From NCBI GenBank assembly GCA_030141605.1, contig JAQGDQ010000003.1, positions 558,001 to 622,000 of the forward strand: a stretch of DNA of 64,000 nt, given 5' to 3'. A program made the position numbers and the translations under genes. The stretch's first letter is position 1, and every line of letters starts with the position of its first letter. The stretch is from Tubiluchus corallicola (Eukaryota > Animalia > Priapulida). The notes beneath the pieces are model-generated. The model did no database searches and had not been told where the DNA came from. It was given only the letters and a program-made list of their open reading frames with translations. This document shows positions 37,396 through 49,167 of the stretch, one piece after another.

Positions 37396-40300
37396 CTAAG
37401 ATCTCCAGTCTCTCTGTGATGAATGCCATGGCCTAGTCATAAATGCCGGTGGATACGTTGGCTCTTGCGGAGTCATGTCTGTTGTGAAAACTGGATCATT
37501 TTCTTCACGCTCATGGTCATAATACTGTGACTCTCTGTGGCTTTGGCTGTGGTCGTTCCAAGAACTGAAAAATTGCGAATGCCTGAGCTCTTCTTCTTGA
37601 TTGTGGTATAATTTGTCCTCATCTACATTAGGGCCACTTCCCAGCAAGCCTCGTCGTCTTTTAGAATTAGAGTAATTTTCTTCATCAGACATTGACCATG
37701 TACTGTAATCATCAGGCTTTGGTCCATGCCCCAATAATCCCTCTTGAGCAATTCGTGGTGACCTGCGGACAAAATCATCTGGCTGAGATTTCAAAGGTCG
37801 ATGTCTAAATATACCATCTTTGTATCTTCCATCAACTATATACTCATCAACTAACTCTTCAGATCCAGAGTCATGTGTTAATAAATGCCTTTCCTGTGTT
37901 TCACTGTTACTGTCAGTATAATATGGCTTACTTGTACTCGCACGACTGCTATAATCTGGAGTGCTAAATTCTTCTGAATAACTATCATCTTCAAATTGAT
38001 AAGAACAACGTTTTCTGGTTGATCGGTATTGTAAATCAGTTTCAATTCGGTGTGGCGAATTAACCTGCATTTTCCTAGAAAGTTGGTCAGTGCATGTTCT
38101 ACTAGTGTCTGGAGATCTTACATTCACACTATGGGGGTCTGTTTCATTCAAAAAAGGTCCCTTCCTTTTAATGTGTCCATATGACAGTTTGTCAACGTAT
38201 GCTTCACCTCGTTCTGGACGTGTTTCGCCTCTTTTCGGAGATGCTGCTTGTGAATTTTGTTCTGCCTCTGATTCATAAGAATAAGAACTCTTTAAAAAGG
38301 TTTCTCTTTCACTTCGTCTCAGCCGTTCTCGATTTTGTAAATGCCTGGTGTAATTATCCAGCTTGACCTTCTTAGTTAGCCTTCCACTTTTTTCCAACGA
38401 ATTTAGAAAGGAAAGTTGCGTTACAAGTCTTCCCAATGGTGTTTCAATAGCTGTATCTAATACGGTGTCTCTAAGAAGCTCTTGAGACACTGGTGTTGTA
38501 GCACGTGAATGAACTGGACTTCCACTAGAAATATTTTCTGTAAATCTACATTCCTCTTCCAGATAATTTTCTGAATAAGATGGCCTGCTAAATTCATCTT
38601 TTGCTTTAACTTTTTCAAGAAGCTTCCTATGGAAAGAATGTTGTTCTGTAGTGCCACTTGTGTTTTTGAAAGCAGGCTTCAACGCTTTTATAGTGTCATT
38701 TGATTCCTGAGATGAGGATGGATCATACCTTTCAGCAAATACGTCAGGATGGCGTGGGGAATTTTCTGTGAATGAAACTTGTTTTACCACATTATATTTT
38801 GTAGCATCAGGTGTGGAATTACTTGAAGGTTGACTAGGCAATCTCTCGTGCAAGCAAACTGGATCATACTCATTCAATTTCTCATGTTTACTGTGATGAT
38901 GATGTCGATGTGCTCTTGATCGCTCGTGATGACGTGACTTTCTGTGTTCATGCTTATTTAGCCGATTATCCTGTGCTGGCGATAAATAGCGTTTATGTGA
39001 CGATACATGGCGATGTTTTTCTTTGTGTTTACCTCTGAGTTTGTGCTCATATGTATGATCACTGAAGGAATTTGACGAATCCCTTTTTAAGTGCTTCTCC
39101 TTTTCAGAGCTTCTAGTCTTACTTAATTTGCTTCTCTTAATATCTTCAACAATAAGTTTTCGAAAAGCATATGAACTAGATACATTTTTTCTTATTCCAA
39201 GTTTTGCATCAGCTATTTTTGCAGTTTCTTCCTCATACCATTTTTTTCTTAGTTCGTGAGCTTGTCTTGCTTCTTCATTTTGCGTTTGTTTTTTGGGCTG
39301 CTCTTCATGCTTCACCTCGTGTCTCAGCTTCTCTGCTGTGCTGTCACGCACTATTCGCGATTGTACTTCCTTAACAAGGTCCGACAATGATTCTACATCT
39401 ATATCACTACTCGATTCTGGTACCGGAGATATGGTGAGGAGATTTTCGTCAAATGCACGTTCTGCAACAGGCGATTCAGGTACAGGAGATATAGAAAGTA
39501 AGATTTCATCCATAATAGAAGGTTCCTTAACTTCCTGCTTTGTGCTTAATGACACTGGCCATGGCGATTCCTCCTTCATTTCATCATTTTTCTCAGTCAA
39601 CTTGTTTGTTTCCAAATCATTTGTTAATTCCTCAATAATACCAGGTTTTCTGTTATCATGAGCTAATTCTGTAATTTCTTTCTCCAGATCTTTATCTATA
39701 TCAGGGTGTGGTGCATTTTTCAACAAATCCAAACTTGTTGGCACATTACGTTTTTCTTCTGGCATAGGCAAAGTAGGAGTAGGGAGCAATGCATCTGGCT
39801 TTGGTGAAGACTGATGCGAAGTCGGTGTAGGCAACAATCCAGACTTTGTGCTTGGTGGGTGATTTTTAGATTCTGGCTTTGCGCTCGGTGTGGGATAAAT
39901 GAGGTTTAAATGTACTGAACTATTTTCAGATGAAATTTGCTGCTGTGATGGTCCAAAATTATTGGAAATGCTTGTAACTGTTGGTGTAGCAGAAGATAGA
40001 GATTGAGGAATTGGATTTTGTTGTGATGATGTAGGAAGAGGCAGCAAAGGTTTTTTCGTTGTTGGCTGATAATTTTTTGACAATATCCTGGGGTCAGTTC
40101 TTGGCATATCTCGTGTGTTTGTGGAATTTCGACAATAAGGCAAAGCCGGTGTATGCGGTCTAAATGTATTGTCAGGTTGATTAATGGTTTTTGTCACAGC
40201 ATATGGCCTAGGGAGGGACACATCAGTCTTTTTCTGATAACTGTGAGTCTCACGCATTCGTGCGGGAATAGGTTTGGCACGACTTGGACGTTTGTACGGT

Positions 40301-43300
40301 AGAAGATCGGGCTGTTTTACTCCATTTTTCTGTCCTTGGGTTGATACTTTTGCAGCAGAAATCTTGGGAATTCGCAGAAACGATTCTGAAAAACCAGGGG
40401 GATACGTTTTCTTTTCATTTCCATTCTTTAGCTTGTCAGCAATTTGCTTGATAACTTTCCTATCACTTGCAGCACGATGAGTCAATGGAATATATTCCTG
40501 CTCATAAGCTTTTGATTTTACAAATCTTTTTGGAGTGTTTGCAGTAGTGTTAGACTCAGGCTGGTTTTCCTTTGGTTCTTTACCATTAACAACATTAAAT
40601 TGTTCTGACTCTTTATCAACTGAGCTCTCTTTCAATTTTGATTCAGTATTATCAACATTTGATTTCTTTGGATCACACATATTGATATTTCGTGGGTCTT
40701 TGTCTGTTCGTCTTTTCTTCGACTTTGATTCAGATAGATCATCACTTAAATGTTTAGTGGCAACAAAATCACTGGATTGCAGTTCTTTATCAACTCTCCT
40801 TTTCTTCGATTCCGCTGTTTTCTCTGTGTTTATTTTTGGCTGCTTTTCAGGTGTTTTCACCTTAGTGTCTTTTTTCTTTGTCCCTTTTTCGTTCTCGTTT
40901 GTGGCAGTCAAATGTTTGCTCTTACCTGATTCATGGTTATTATTACTAATTATAGTGGGTTGTTTGGAATCTACTTGAACACATTTGTTTTTGTATTTTG
41001 GCTTTTCCCCGGGTTTTGTGCACACAGAACACATAAACCCTGATGTAACTTGAACAGCTTTACCTTTTTTTGACACAGTCATTGTTTGCATTCCCGTATC
41101 AGCTCGACGGCGTCTTGGCTTGCATCTAGTACATCTCACTGTTGTAATCTTGGTAGTGCTGACTTTATCAGTTTGGGATATCCCATCTTTCAATTCAAAA
41201 GATGCAAATCCACTATTAGACAAAAAATTCCCTTTAGTTCTGAAGGAAGCTGAACTTTTCCGTTTCAGAAATGTTTTCATTAATTGATAGAGGTGGCCAA
41301 GTGTATGGAGATCTGTCTGTTTTTGAGCATGCTGCATTACAGCATGTAAATAATAACCTAACTGTGCTGAAACAGTTTCTAATAGAGTATCAGACTGATA
41401 GCGCCACAAATAACCTGGCATTGGTATTCTCCCTGAAGCAGCTCCTTGGGCACTATTAGGTACGTGTCCATGTGGCACTTCAGGGCTGGGCACTGGTGGA
41501 AACTCTTTGTATGGTGAAATGGCTACGCTTGGGCAATCATGTGGATAATTGATAGACACTGATTTGTCAGTACTCTTGCTCATATAAAAATTATGCAGTC
41601 TATCTACTTCTTTTTTGAACACAATATATTCTTCTTCACTTTTCGGAGAACTTAAAGACAAGCATGTTGATACTGGTCTTTTATCTAACTGATCACACTT
41701 TTCGTGCATGGCTTCTTCAGGTTTTAGGCCTCCTTCAGGTTCTTCATGAATGTGATCCACGGCAGACTCTGAATTCATAGATTGCACTGAAATAACTTTA
41801 GGTACACTTTTACTTTCACTTTCAAATGCACTGAAATTTTCTTGATGCATTTTTGCAAATACATCTGACTGTGACGGCAAATTTGCTTCAAATGGAACAC
41901 TAGATGACTGCAGGGAGGCATTACCTAAAGATACATCTTCTGCACGAGAAAGTGAAGAATAATATAAATCCAGTAAAGGCGCATGTGAAGGATTGATATA
42001 TGGACCATATCCCAACATTCGTCGGGCTTGATACTCAGCAAAGGTTTGTGGTAAGCTGTATGCTCCACCACACACATCAATGTACACTTCTGGATTGGGC
42101 AAACAACTACTATTAGTGGTAGATGACTCACTAGGTGATCTTTTCCTTGCAGTTGTGTCCAAGGCTCTACTTTTAGCTTTAATATCTTTCTTTCTGTATT
42201 TGTACAGGTCATGTGATCTAAGATTTTTACAAGCATTACGTATAACAGCCTTTGCCTTTTCTCTAACATTACTATAGTAAGCACTTTTATCTTTCAGTTC
42301 ATTACTAGACAAATCATCTGTATGAAAAGTTGCTATAGCAGAGTTTACGGTATCATAAGTGACACTGTTTAATTTAACCTGGCTCCTAGTGACTTCAGTT
42401 TTTAATTTTGTCTCCTCAAATTCAGGGCTACTTGAAGAGTATGAATGCATTTTTTTGATAAAGTTTGACTTGCTTTCAATTGCGGCCTGGGAAGATGCTG
42501 GTTCCACAATAGAATCAGTATCTTCCATGTCAGAATTAATGCCTTCTTGGTCTTCAATTTCTAATGACATTGCACTTGCTGCTTCTTTTTCAGAAAAGGG
42601 TTGTTCCATAGGGGAAGTGTCATCTTCTAGTTTTTTGATTATTAATGGTAGTGCACATGGTGTCTCTCTTTGTGGTTTCTTAGTAGAATCATAGTCTTTC
42701 TGTTCTTCAGCTTTGTCATGCACTATTCTTACTGCTTCACTTTTAGCAAGATCACATTCGCGTTTGCATTGTTGTACAGTCATGTCTGGTTCAACTCCAT
42801 GCTTTAACATAGGCTGCTCAACAATGGATGACTTATTTTGAGAAGGTAAAGCAGAAGCACTGATATCCTTCAGCAATGCAAATCCAGAATATTCTGAAGC
42901 TGCAATATCTGAAATAGGCAATGAAGCTGATTCTTCGTCTTTCTTGGTATTACATTTGGTCTCTGCAGAGTCTGCTGGTGCTACTACATAATTATGATCA
43001 GCCTCAAATTTAGAAAACGTGCTGTGTGTTTGTTTCCGTTGCCTTTTTGTCAAACATTTTGGTTTTGTGCCTATGTCGAGCTCTGAAGATTTACTTGGTT
43101 TAGAAGTGATAAGAGAGTTAATTTCTGGCAGGTCAGAGTCTGATTCATCTAAACTCGATACCTGAGAATGTAGCGCTGAATTAATGCAGTCAGTATTGCA
43201 CAAAGTTTCATCTCTTTCAGTCTCTTCATCTTTTATAGCTTCTTTCAATAATAAGGATTCATTTTGAAGGCAGTCATGTTTAAGTACACTGCTGGGGAGA

Positions 43301-46300
43301 CCTGAAATTTTACCTGATGTCCAACGGTCAATGTACATCCGATGTACATAAGTTATCACTGCTACAGGCAAACACTGCCTGGGATTACACACAGGGTTTT
43401 CTGAGGCATCTAGTTCATAGATGTAAACCTGTAAAAAACAATGATGCTTAAGTACAACAATAGTGACGATGGCTACGACAGCAGCAATATCGACAGTGAC
43501 CACCACTACCATTCACCACCATCACCATAAAAAACAACAACAGCAGCAAAAGCAACACAACAACGATTTATAATGTACTAAAATTTGTAAAAACAATACA
43601 TGTTTTAAAATGTCAAACAATTTTCTTGTAAAGAGTTTTTCAGATAAAAGGCCTGGAGGAAAAATAGATTCTTAAGGAGACATCTTCATCTATGAAATTT
43701 CAAGAAAAAAATCATAAAAGCAGCAGCAAAATAAATGTTCTGAAGAAACTGGCATTATTTAGGAAGTGACAAAAAGAAATCTGAAAGCATCTACCACAAA
43801 AACAATGATAAAGTAGGCGAAATGTAGCAACAAATTATAAATGAGGAAAATATAGCAGGCTGGCCCTGCTCAACCTTAACACACCATTAGATTAGCAATA
43901 CAATTTTGCAATGTGTCAAGTTAGTTAACGAATGTAGGCTGGAACACCAGTCCAAATCAGCAGAACTGTACTCAAAATCAAATAATCAATTTGTACGGGC
44001 AGAGTAAGGTAACAGGAGGTAACATTTTGGAGCACAGCACCAGTATCACACTTTTTTCAATACATTAGTTTCTCATAATTCAATGTTGGACATTCCTACT
44101 TGCACAACAGCTTTCTCAAATATAGTTATTTTCCTTCGATATTTTTTTTTGCGGAATACTTTGCCAAAAAATTGTTTTCCTGTTAATTACAACTTGCTTT
44201 AAGAACAGCAAACAGATAACTCCTAATATTAGTAGATTAATCATAATTATTGTATATTTCTTAGCATTCTATTCACATTTCGCTTTCTAAACATAATCTG
44301 GTTACCTAGAATGGCCACTGACGGCTTTTACAAAGAAAAACAAGCATTATGCAACCATGCAAAAATGATATAAACTAGAATCTCTGTTATGTTTAGTAAA
44401 GATACTTCCAAATCAGCTAAAGTAGTACAAGTTTAACACTACCTGTGAAGCACGTTTTAGTTTGTCTGCTCCCAAAGACGATGACGGCTTACGATTGGGT
44501 AAATGTGAATCTGCATTTGGTGTTGGTTCCGTTTCATAGGCAAGTGTCACGTACTTCTTTCTTCCATACATTGCCTAAAATGAAAAATTTAATTAAAGTT
44601 TCACTATACATTCCTTTTATATAAGCTGCCTTACACTGAACGCAGATCAGAATAATTTTTTAATAGTCCCTGTATAATATAGCACGATATAGTACAGTAC
44701 AGCACTAAACACGCACAGTAATAGTGCAAGCAAGCAGAAAACTCCTTCTTGAACTTCAATGGCTGTGTCAAATAGAAATTATGGCTATTTACAGTGAACT
44801 GCTCAAAACGAACTGATTTCTCAGAACACATCCTAAATATACTATCAGTAGTATTATCTTGAGAAATAACAAATACAGTCCAGGAATACTGATTCGCTGT
44901 TCACTATCTATCACAACAGCACATGATGAGTATGTACGTTAATCGTATCATCGCATGTACGTGTTGAAGATACGGTCAATGATGATGTTACACCATGATC
45001 GTATACTTTCTAGATTATAATATAAAAAATGACCTGATTTTCTAGCAACAAAATTTGCCTGGCTGCACGATACTGCATTGTATCATTCTTTTTTTTACCT
45101 GGAACTTAATGACATACACTGGCTTTTCCAAGTCTTTAACATCACCAAATGCTACATCAGGGTGTATGTAAAGGTTGACACCCATGGAAACAATGCCCAA
45201 CATCTGTTCATCATGGGCACTCGTTCGCAAACCATCTGCACACACAGATATGACTGTCTCTGCATCAGATTCTAATAAAAATGCAGCAAAATCCTCTACA
45301 AAAAATTAAAAAATTATCATCACCACCTTTTAGAAACAAGATTTATATATACAATATAATTATAAGCAAAAAATATAGGCCTACAGTTGCAAGTCCATTC
45401 ATTCATGCAATGTAAGGCATGCTTTGTCCCAAAATGTGACACGACTGATGTCAAATGTTAGCAACATTCAAACTATTATATTGGGTTTTATCAGACAGAA
45501 TGAAAAATCATAGACAGAATGACTATGTTTCAATTTATTATCAAATGAGTCTTGGGTTTTTCAAAATGTAATATTATCTTTCATAATACAGCTAATGAGC
45601 AAATACAACTTCCTATCAAGGACGGGTTTCCATCACCGATTAGGAATATGATAGCGTACCAGACAGAGCTAGGACCAGTTAAGGATTCACTTAACCGGTT
45701 AACCAGTTAATTTTTTATCAGTTAACCATTAACCGATTTAATCATCTAGACGACATAAGACGCCCTCTCTAATTTGCCGACTAAATCATTGGAGAACCAA
45801 ATAAACATGAAATTTACAATGCAAACATATCAAGTGAAACTTTAGAGGAATATCTTCAAGTAAGAGTGAAGCTTTTATTCATAGAAAGTCTACATAGGAA
45901 GTGAAAAGTCTATGTTTGTAAGGAGGCCAAGAGTTGTTGAACTAAGCATAATACTTTCCTACATGCAGAACACCTTACAGAAAGCTGAAGAACCAACAAT
46001 TGATTGGATTCTATGAGGCAGCCCTGACAGTGACTGAGCATGTTTGAGGAATTTTAGAGTCCACAGTAATAAAGATCTGTTAATTGGTTAAAAAAATTAA
46101 CTGGTTAATTTCCATTAATAATTCCACTAATGAAATTTCCATTAACTGGTTAACCGGTCCTAGCACCGGTATCAGACTTGTACAGTAAAACAAAAACAAG
46201 AACAAAGTCACACGTCCCTTTGCCAGGACCAAAAACTGCTTCTAAGAATGCTTATTGAATTCAATTTAAATTGATACATGCATAGGAATATGAGCTCACA

Positions 46301-49167
46301 ACACGTTAAATTGAATTTAATCACACGCTGTTTACTGAGTATACAATCACATATTAAACTAATTCGCAAAAAGTACTAGCTATTTTCCAGAAATAATTAT
46401 AATCATCTGTTTGCGAGGGGGAAATCCATATCAACAAATGATTACATTTCACTTTATAGCTGCTGTCTAGTAACTACTAAGAAAGCATTCATGGCAGAAA
46501 CATTTGCACCCCAACCTGTTGATGCAATCAAAATGCACAAAGCAATGCTTTACATGCCATATAGAAGCAAAACTTACTTGAATCTACATGATCTTTTTCC
46601 AGCTCCCTTTTTTTACAGTTGTATCGGTGAGCCAGTGTTTGGTTTTCAACAATGTGAACTGTCACAGGCACCCATTCAAATGACTCCTTATTAAACAGTA
46701 GGTAGGCATCCTGCACTTGTCTTATTACATTGGCAAATGATGTCACATCAAGTAAACATTCCTGCAGCATCACTAAAAACAGTTTTGTTTTTTAGTTTCA
46801 GTTTTGACATTGAACATGATCACAAATTTTCAACTTTAAATGCATTTAATGTCTTAAAGGAATTAGTTTCAAAGCTATGACCATCTGTTTCAAATTGACC
46901 AGCTTGATACAGTAATTGCAGATAATGAACTCGGACTCAGGCATTTTTAATAAGTTTGGCACATTGCAAGTGTAAACTCAGCACTAGATGACTAGGCTAG
47001 CCCACTCCGTACGTTGCCGTACTTTGAATAGCTGTGATGAAAGTAGGCTTTATAAAATTTTATAAAATTTGACTATACCTCAGCTTGATTTGATACAACC
47101 CAACCTAATATTATGATCTCAAGCTTTTTTACCTAGTACTCGGGAGTCAATAGTCAACATGACTTCACTATGCCTCAACTTGATGAAAAATGGCGTAGGA
47201 CCCTAATATATATTGTGTCTTTCTATATGTTTCAAACCTCATTATAACACCATATATAGGATACTACTAGGTATGAGGCTTAAGGGAAAGGTCACCAAAT
47301 ATTAAAAGCTAATCTATCTTAAAACACTTTTAATTACCTTAACAAGCATTCAAATCACATTTGACTGCATCAGCTCCTTATTGCTTACTTAACTTCATTT
47401 GAATCCACTTATGCAATTGTTACATATACATAATTCATTTTCTCACTTTTGTTTATGACACAGCTGCAGAGGTGATGGTCAAGCATGCTTCTCGAGGGCT
47501 TGAAGACAAATGCATGTATAACGTGACATGGTTTACACTTTTTTAAAGGTAATCATGTGCTTTCGTCGCTTATACAGCTGTTTTATGGCAATTTTGGTCT
47601 TATTTTGACCGAAACAAGCCATTATTTAAAGCAAATTAGTAAATTGCAGATGTAGTTTAGTTCCACTAAAGAGGATTTTTTATACTAATGCACACTCTAA
47701 TGCTTCTACTGAACTTCAAAAATTCACTTTCAGATTTTTCACTTTCGAATGATATTTCAGTGGAGGATCCAGGATTTTTGAAAGTGAGGGGTTGAGAAGT
47801 GACCAAGTAGAAAGGCGGGCGTGGAGCACTAGAAAGCATAGCTTCTCAGTGTGACAGCTAGGAAGTCTAGGGGAGTGGTGTAAGCTCTCCCAAAAGCGTT
47901 CTAAAGCATACTTGTAGATCATAAAATTCTAGAAATAACTAAATTTTCTGGGACACTTGTGTTTGAGTTTGTAGTTTTTATAACTACCATAAAAATAACA
48001 AATTAGAGTAAATAAACTGATTAAGTACAGAAGATTCCTGATTTCACAAAGCTTCTTTGTCAAGGGAGGGGGGATTGGAGACCCTCTGGATGGGCTACTA
48101 TATTTTCTTCATCTTTTGGGCTTCTTTTGGGTTGTGAAAACGGCGACTGCATTATTGTTAAGAAAGCAAAAAGAATTAGCACTTGTTAATAATTTTCAGT
48201 GGTGAACTGAAAACAAGTCGTCATTTGTTTGCTCTTTTCTTTGAAAACCAATTCATTCTGCAATATTTTGAAGGCTATGATTTACGTGAGTAATAAATAG
48301 CAGGCAATGATCACAATCTGCAGCCATCTGCATCAGTAATTACATAAATTTAACTAAAATTTTGGTTATTTTCGAGTTATCTGAAAAATGCACTAATGCT
48401 TAACCTAAAGAAGCAGAATAATAAGTCATTCCTGCATGGCTGTATCCAAATAAAAGTGAAAACTGTACAGTGGTGCTACTATTACATTAATACATATACA
48501 TGACTGCACTGCGTTTTGTAATCTAAGCACAAGTACTCTTTTTCACAACTGGAATTGACAAAAAAATTGAAGAAAATCCATAATTTTAGCCACTTAGTTT
48601 TAGGGTTGGCAATATCCACAGTGATTTTAAAACTATAATTCCCATTTATTTGTAATTTAATTCCATATTAACTTTATAATGTATGTGATCTATGCATCTG
48701 AGCCCCCTGAGAGCTGTTGAAAATAAGTTTACAGTAGGCTTACTTACAACCAAACTACCTCTGAGCCAATGCTAGATATGTACATGCAAAACGAGGAAAT
48801 AGACCAATTTCTTTAACCTTTCATGAAAGTTACTTTGAGAATTGCCTGAAATTGTGTATTCTTAATACATAGAGTTTGAGTTTGACGGGTTACACTTACA
48901 TTTATAGATTAAAGCAAAAATAGATTTGATTTTTGCCTGTATATACAGACTGTGTGCAATGTCTCCACCTCACAGATTAACCAATTAATAATGGCTCGAC
49001 TTATATTATTAACCAATTAATAATATATAAAATATTAATTTTAGTAGTACCAAGTAGTACACTAGTGTAAAAATAATTTAACTGATTAATAATAATATTA
49101 ATAATATGACAATAATAACTAGTATAAGTGTATATAGCACTGATTGCAAACTCTACTTACTGCACAT
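37396..49167 (-). CDS. TASOR/TEX15-like protein: N-terminal DUF3715 pseudo-PARP domain plus ~2000-aa low-complexity tail encoded by one 6-kb exon
   Basis: Exons 46772-46578, 45295-45099, 44574-44443 and 43428-37396 are GT-AG and in phase. The peptide IVENQTLAHRYNCKKREL..AAFLL..VCADGL..LGIVSMGVNL..PTPNADSH..QVYIYE..PRQCLPVAVITY follows the TASOR/TEX15 DUF3715 motif order. A probable upstream exon 49338-49161 supplies ATG at 49167; the start codon is uncertain. Confidence 0.82.
43455..43565. repeat. Degenerate trinucleotide repeat (CAC/CAA/CAG) just inside the intron before the giant exon
   Basis: caccactaccattcaccaccatcacc and caacaacagcagc tracts; these account for the spurious Val-rich start of the 2038-aa ORF. 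Confidence 0.75.
45664..46168. mobile_element. hAT-type MITE in an intron of the TASOR/TEX15-like gene
   Basis: TIRs cagagctaggaccagttaa / ttaaccggtcctagcaccg, subterminal ttaacc(g/a)g repeats, and an 8-bp TSD gtaccaga (45656-45663) / gtatcaga (46169-46176). Confidence 0.85.
47758..48100. mobile_element. Possible non-autonomous DNA element
   Basis: Loose TIRs cagtggaggatccagg / ctctggatgggctacta with G-rich subterminal tracts, flanked by tattt on both sides. Confidence 0.45.

Noticed and set aside
38090-42694. Plus-strand ORFs of 60-147 aa within the giant exon
   Set aside because: Antisense shadows of the long coding frame, with Ser/Phe/Leu-biased composition and no motifs.
43429-43512. 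Hydrophobic N-terminus (MVVVVTVD...) of the 2038-aa ORF as a signal peptide
   Set aside because: It is an intronic trinucleotide repeat upstream of the acceptor at 43429-43430; the real N-terminus comes from spliced exons.
44920-45040. ATGATGA...CTGA as a C/D snoRNA
   Set aside because: It is antisense to the host gene, with no terminal stem and no recognisable rRNA guide.
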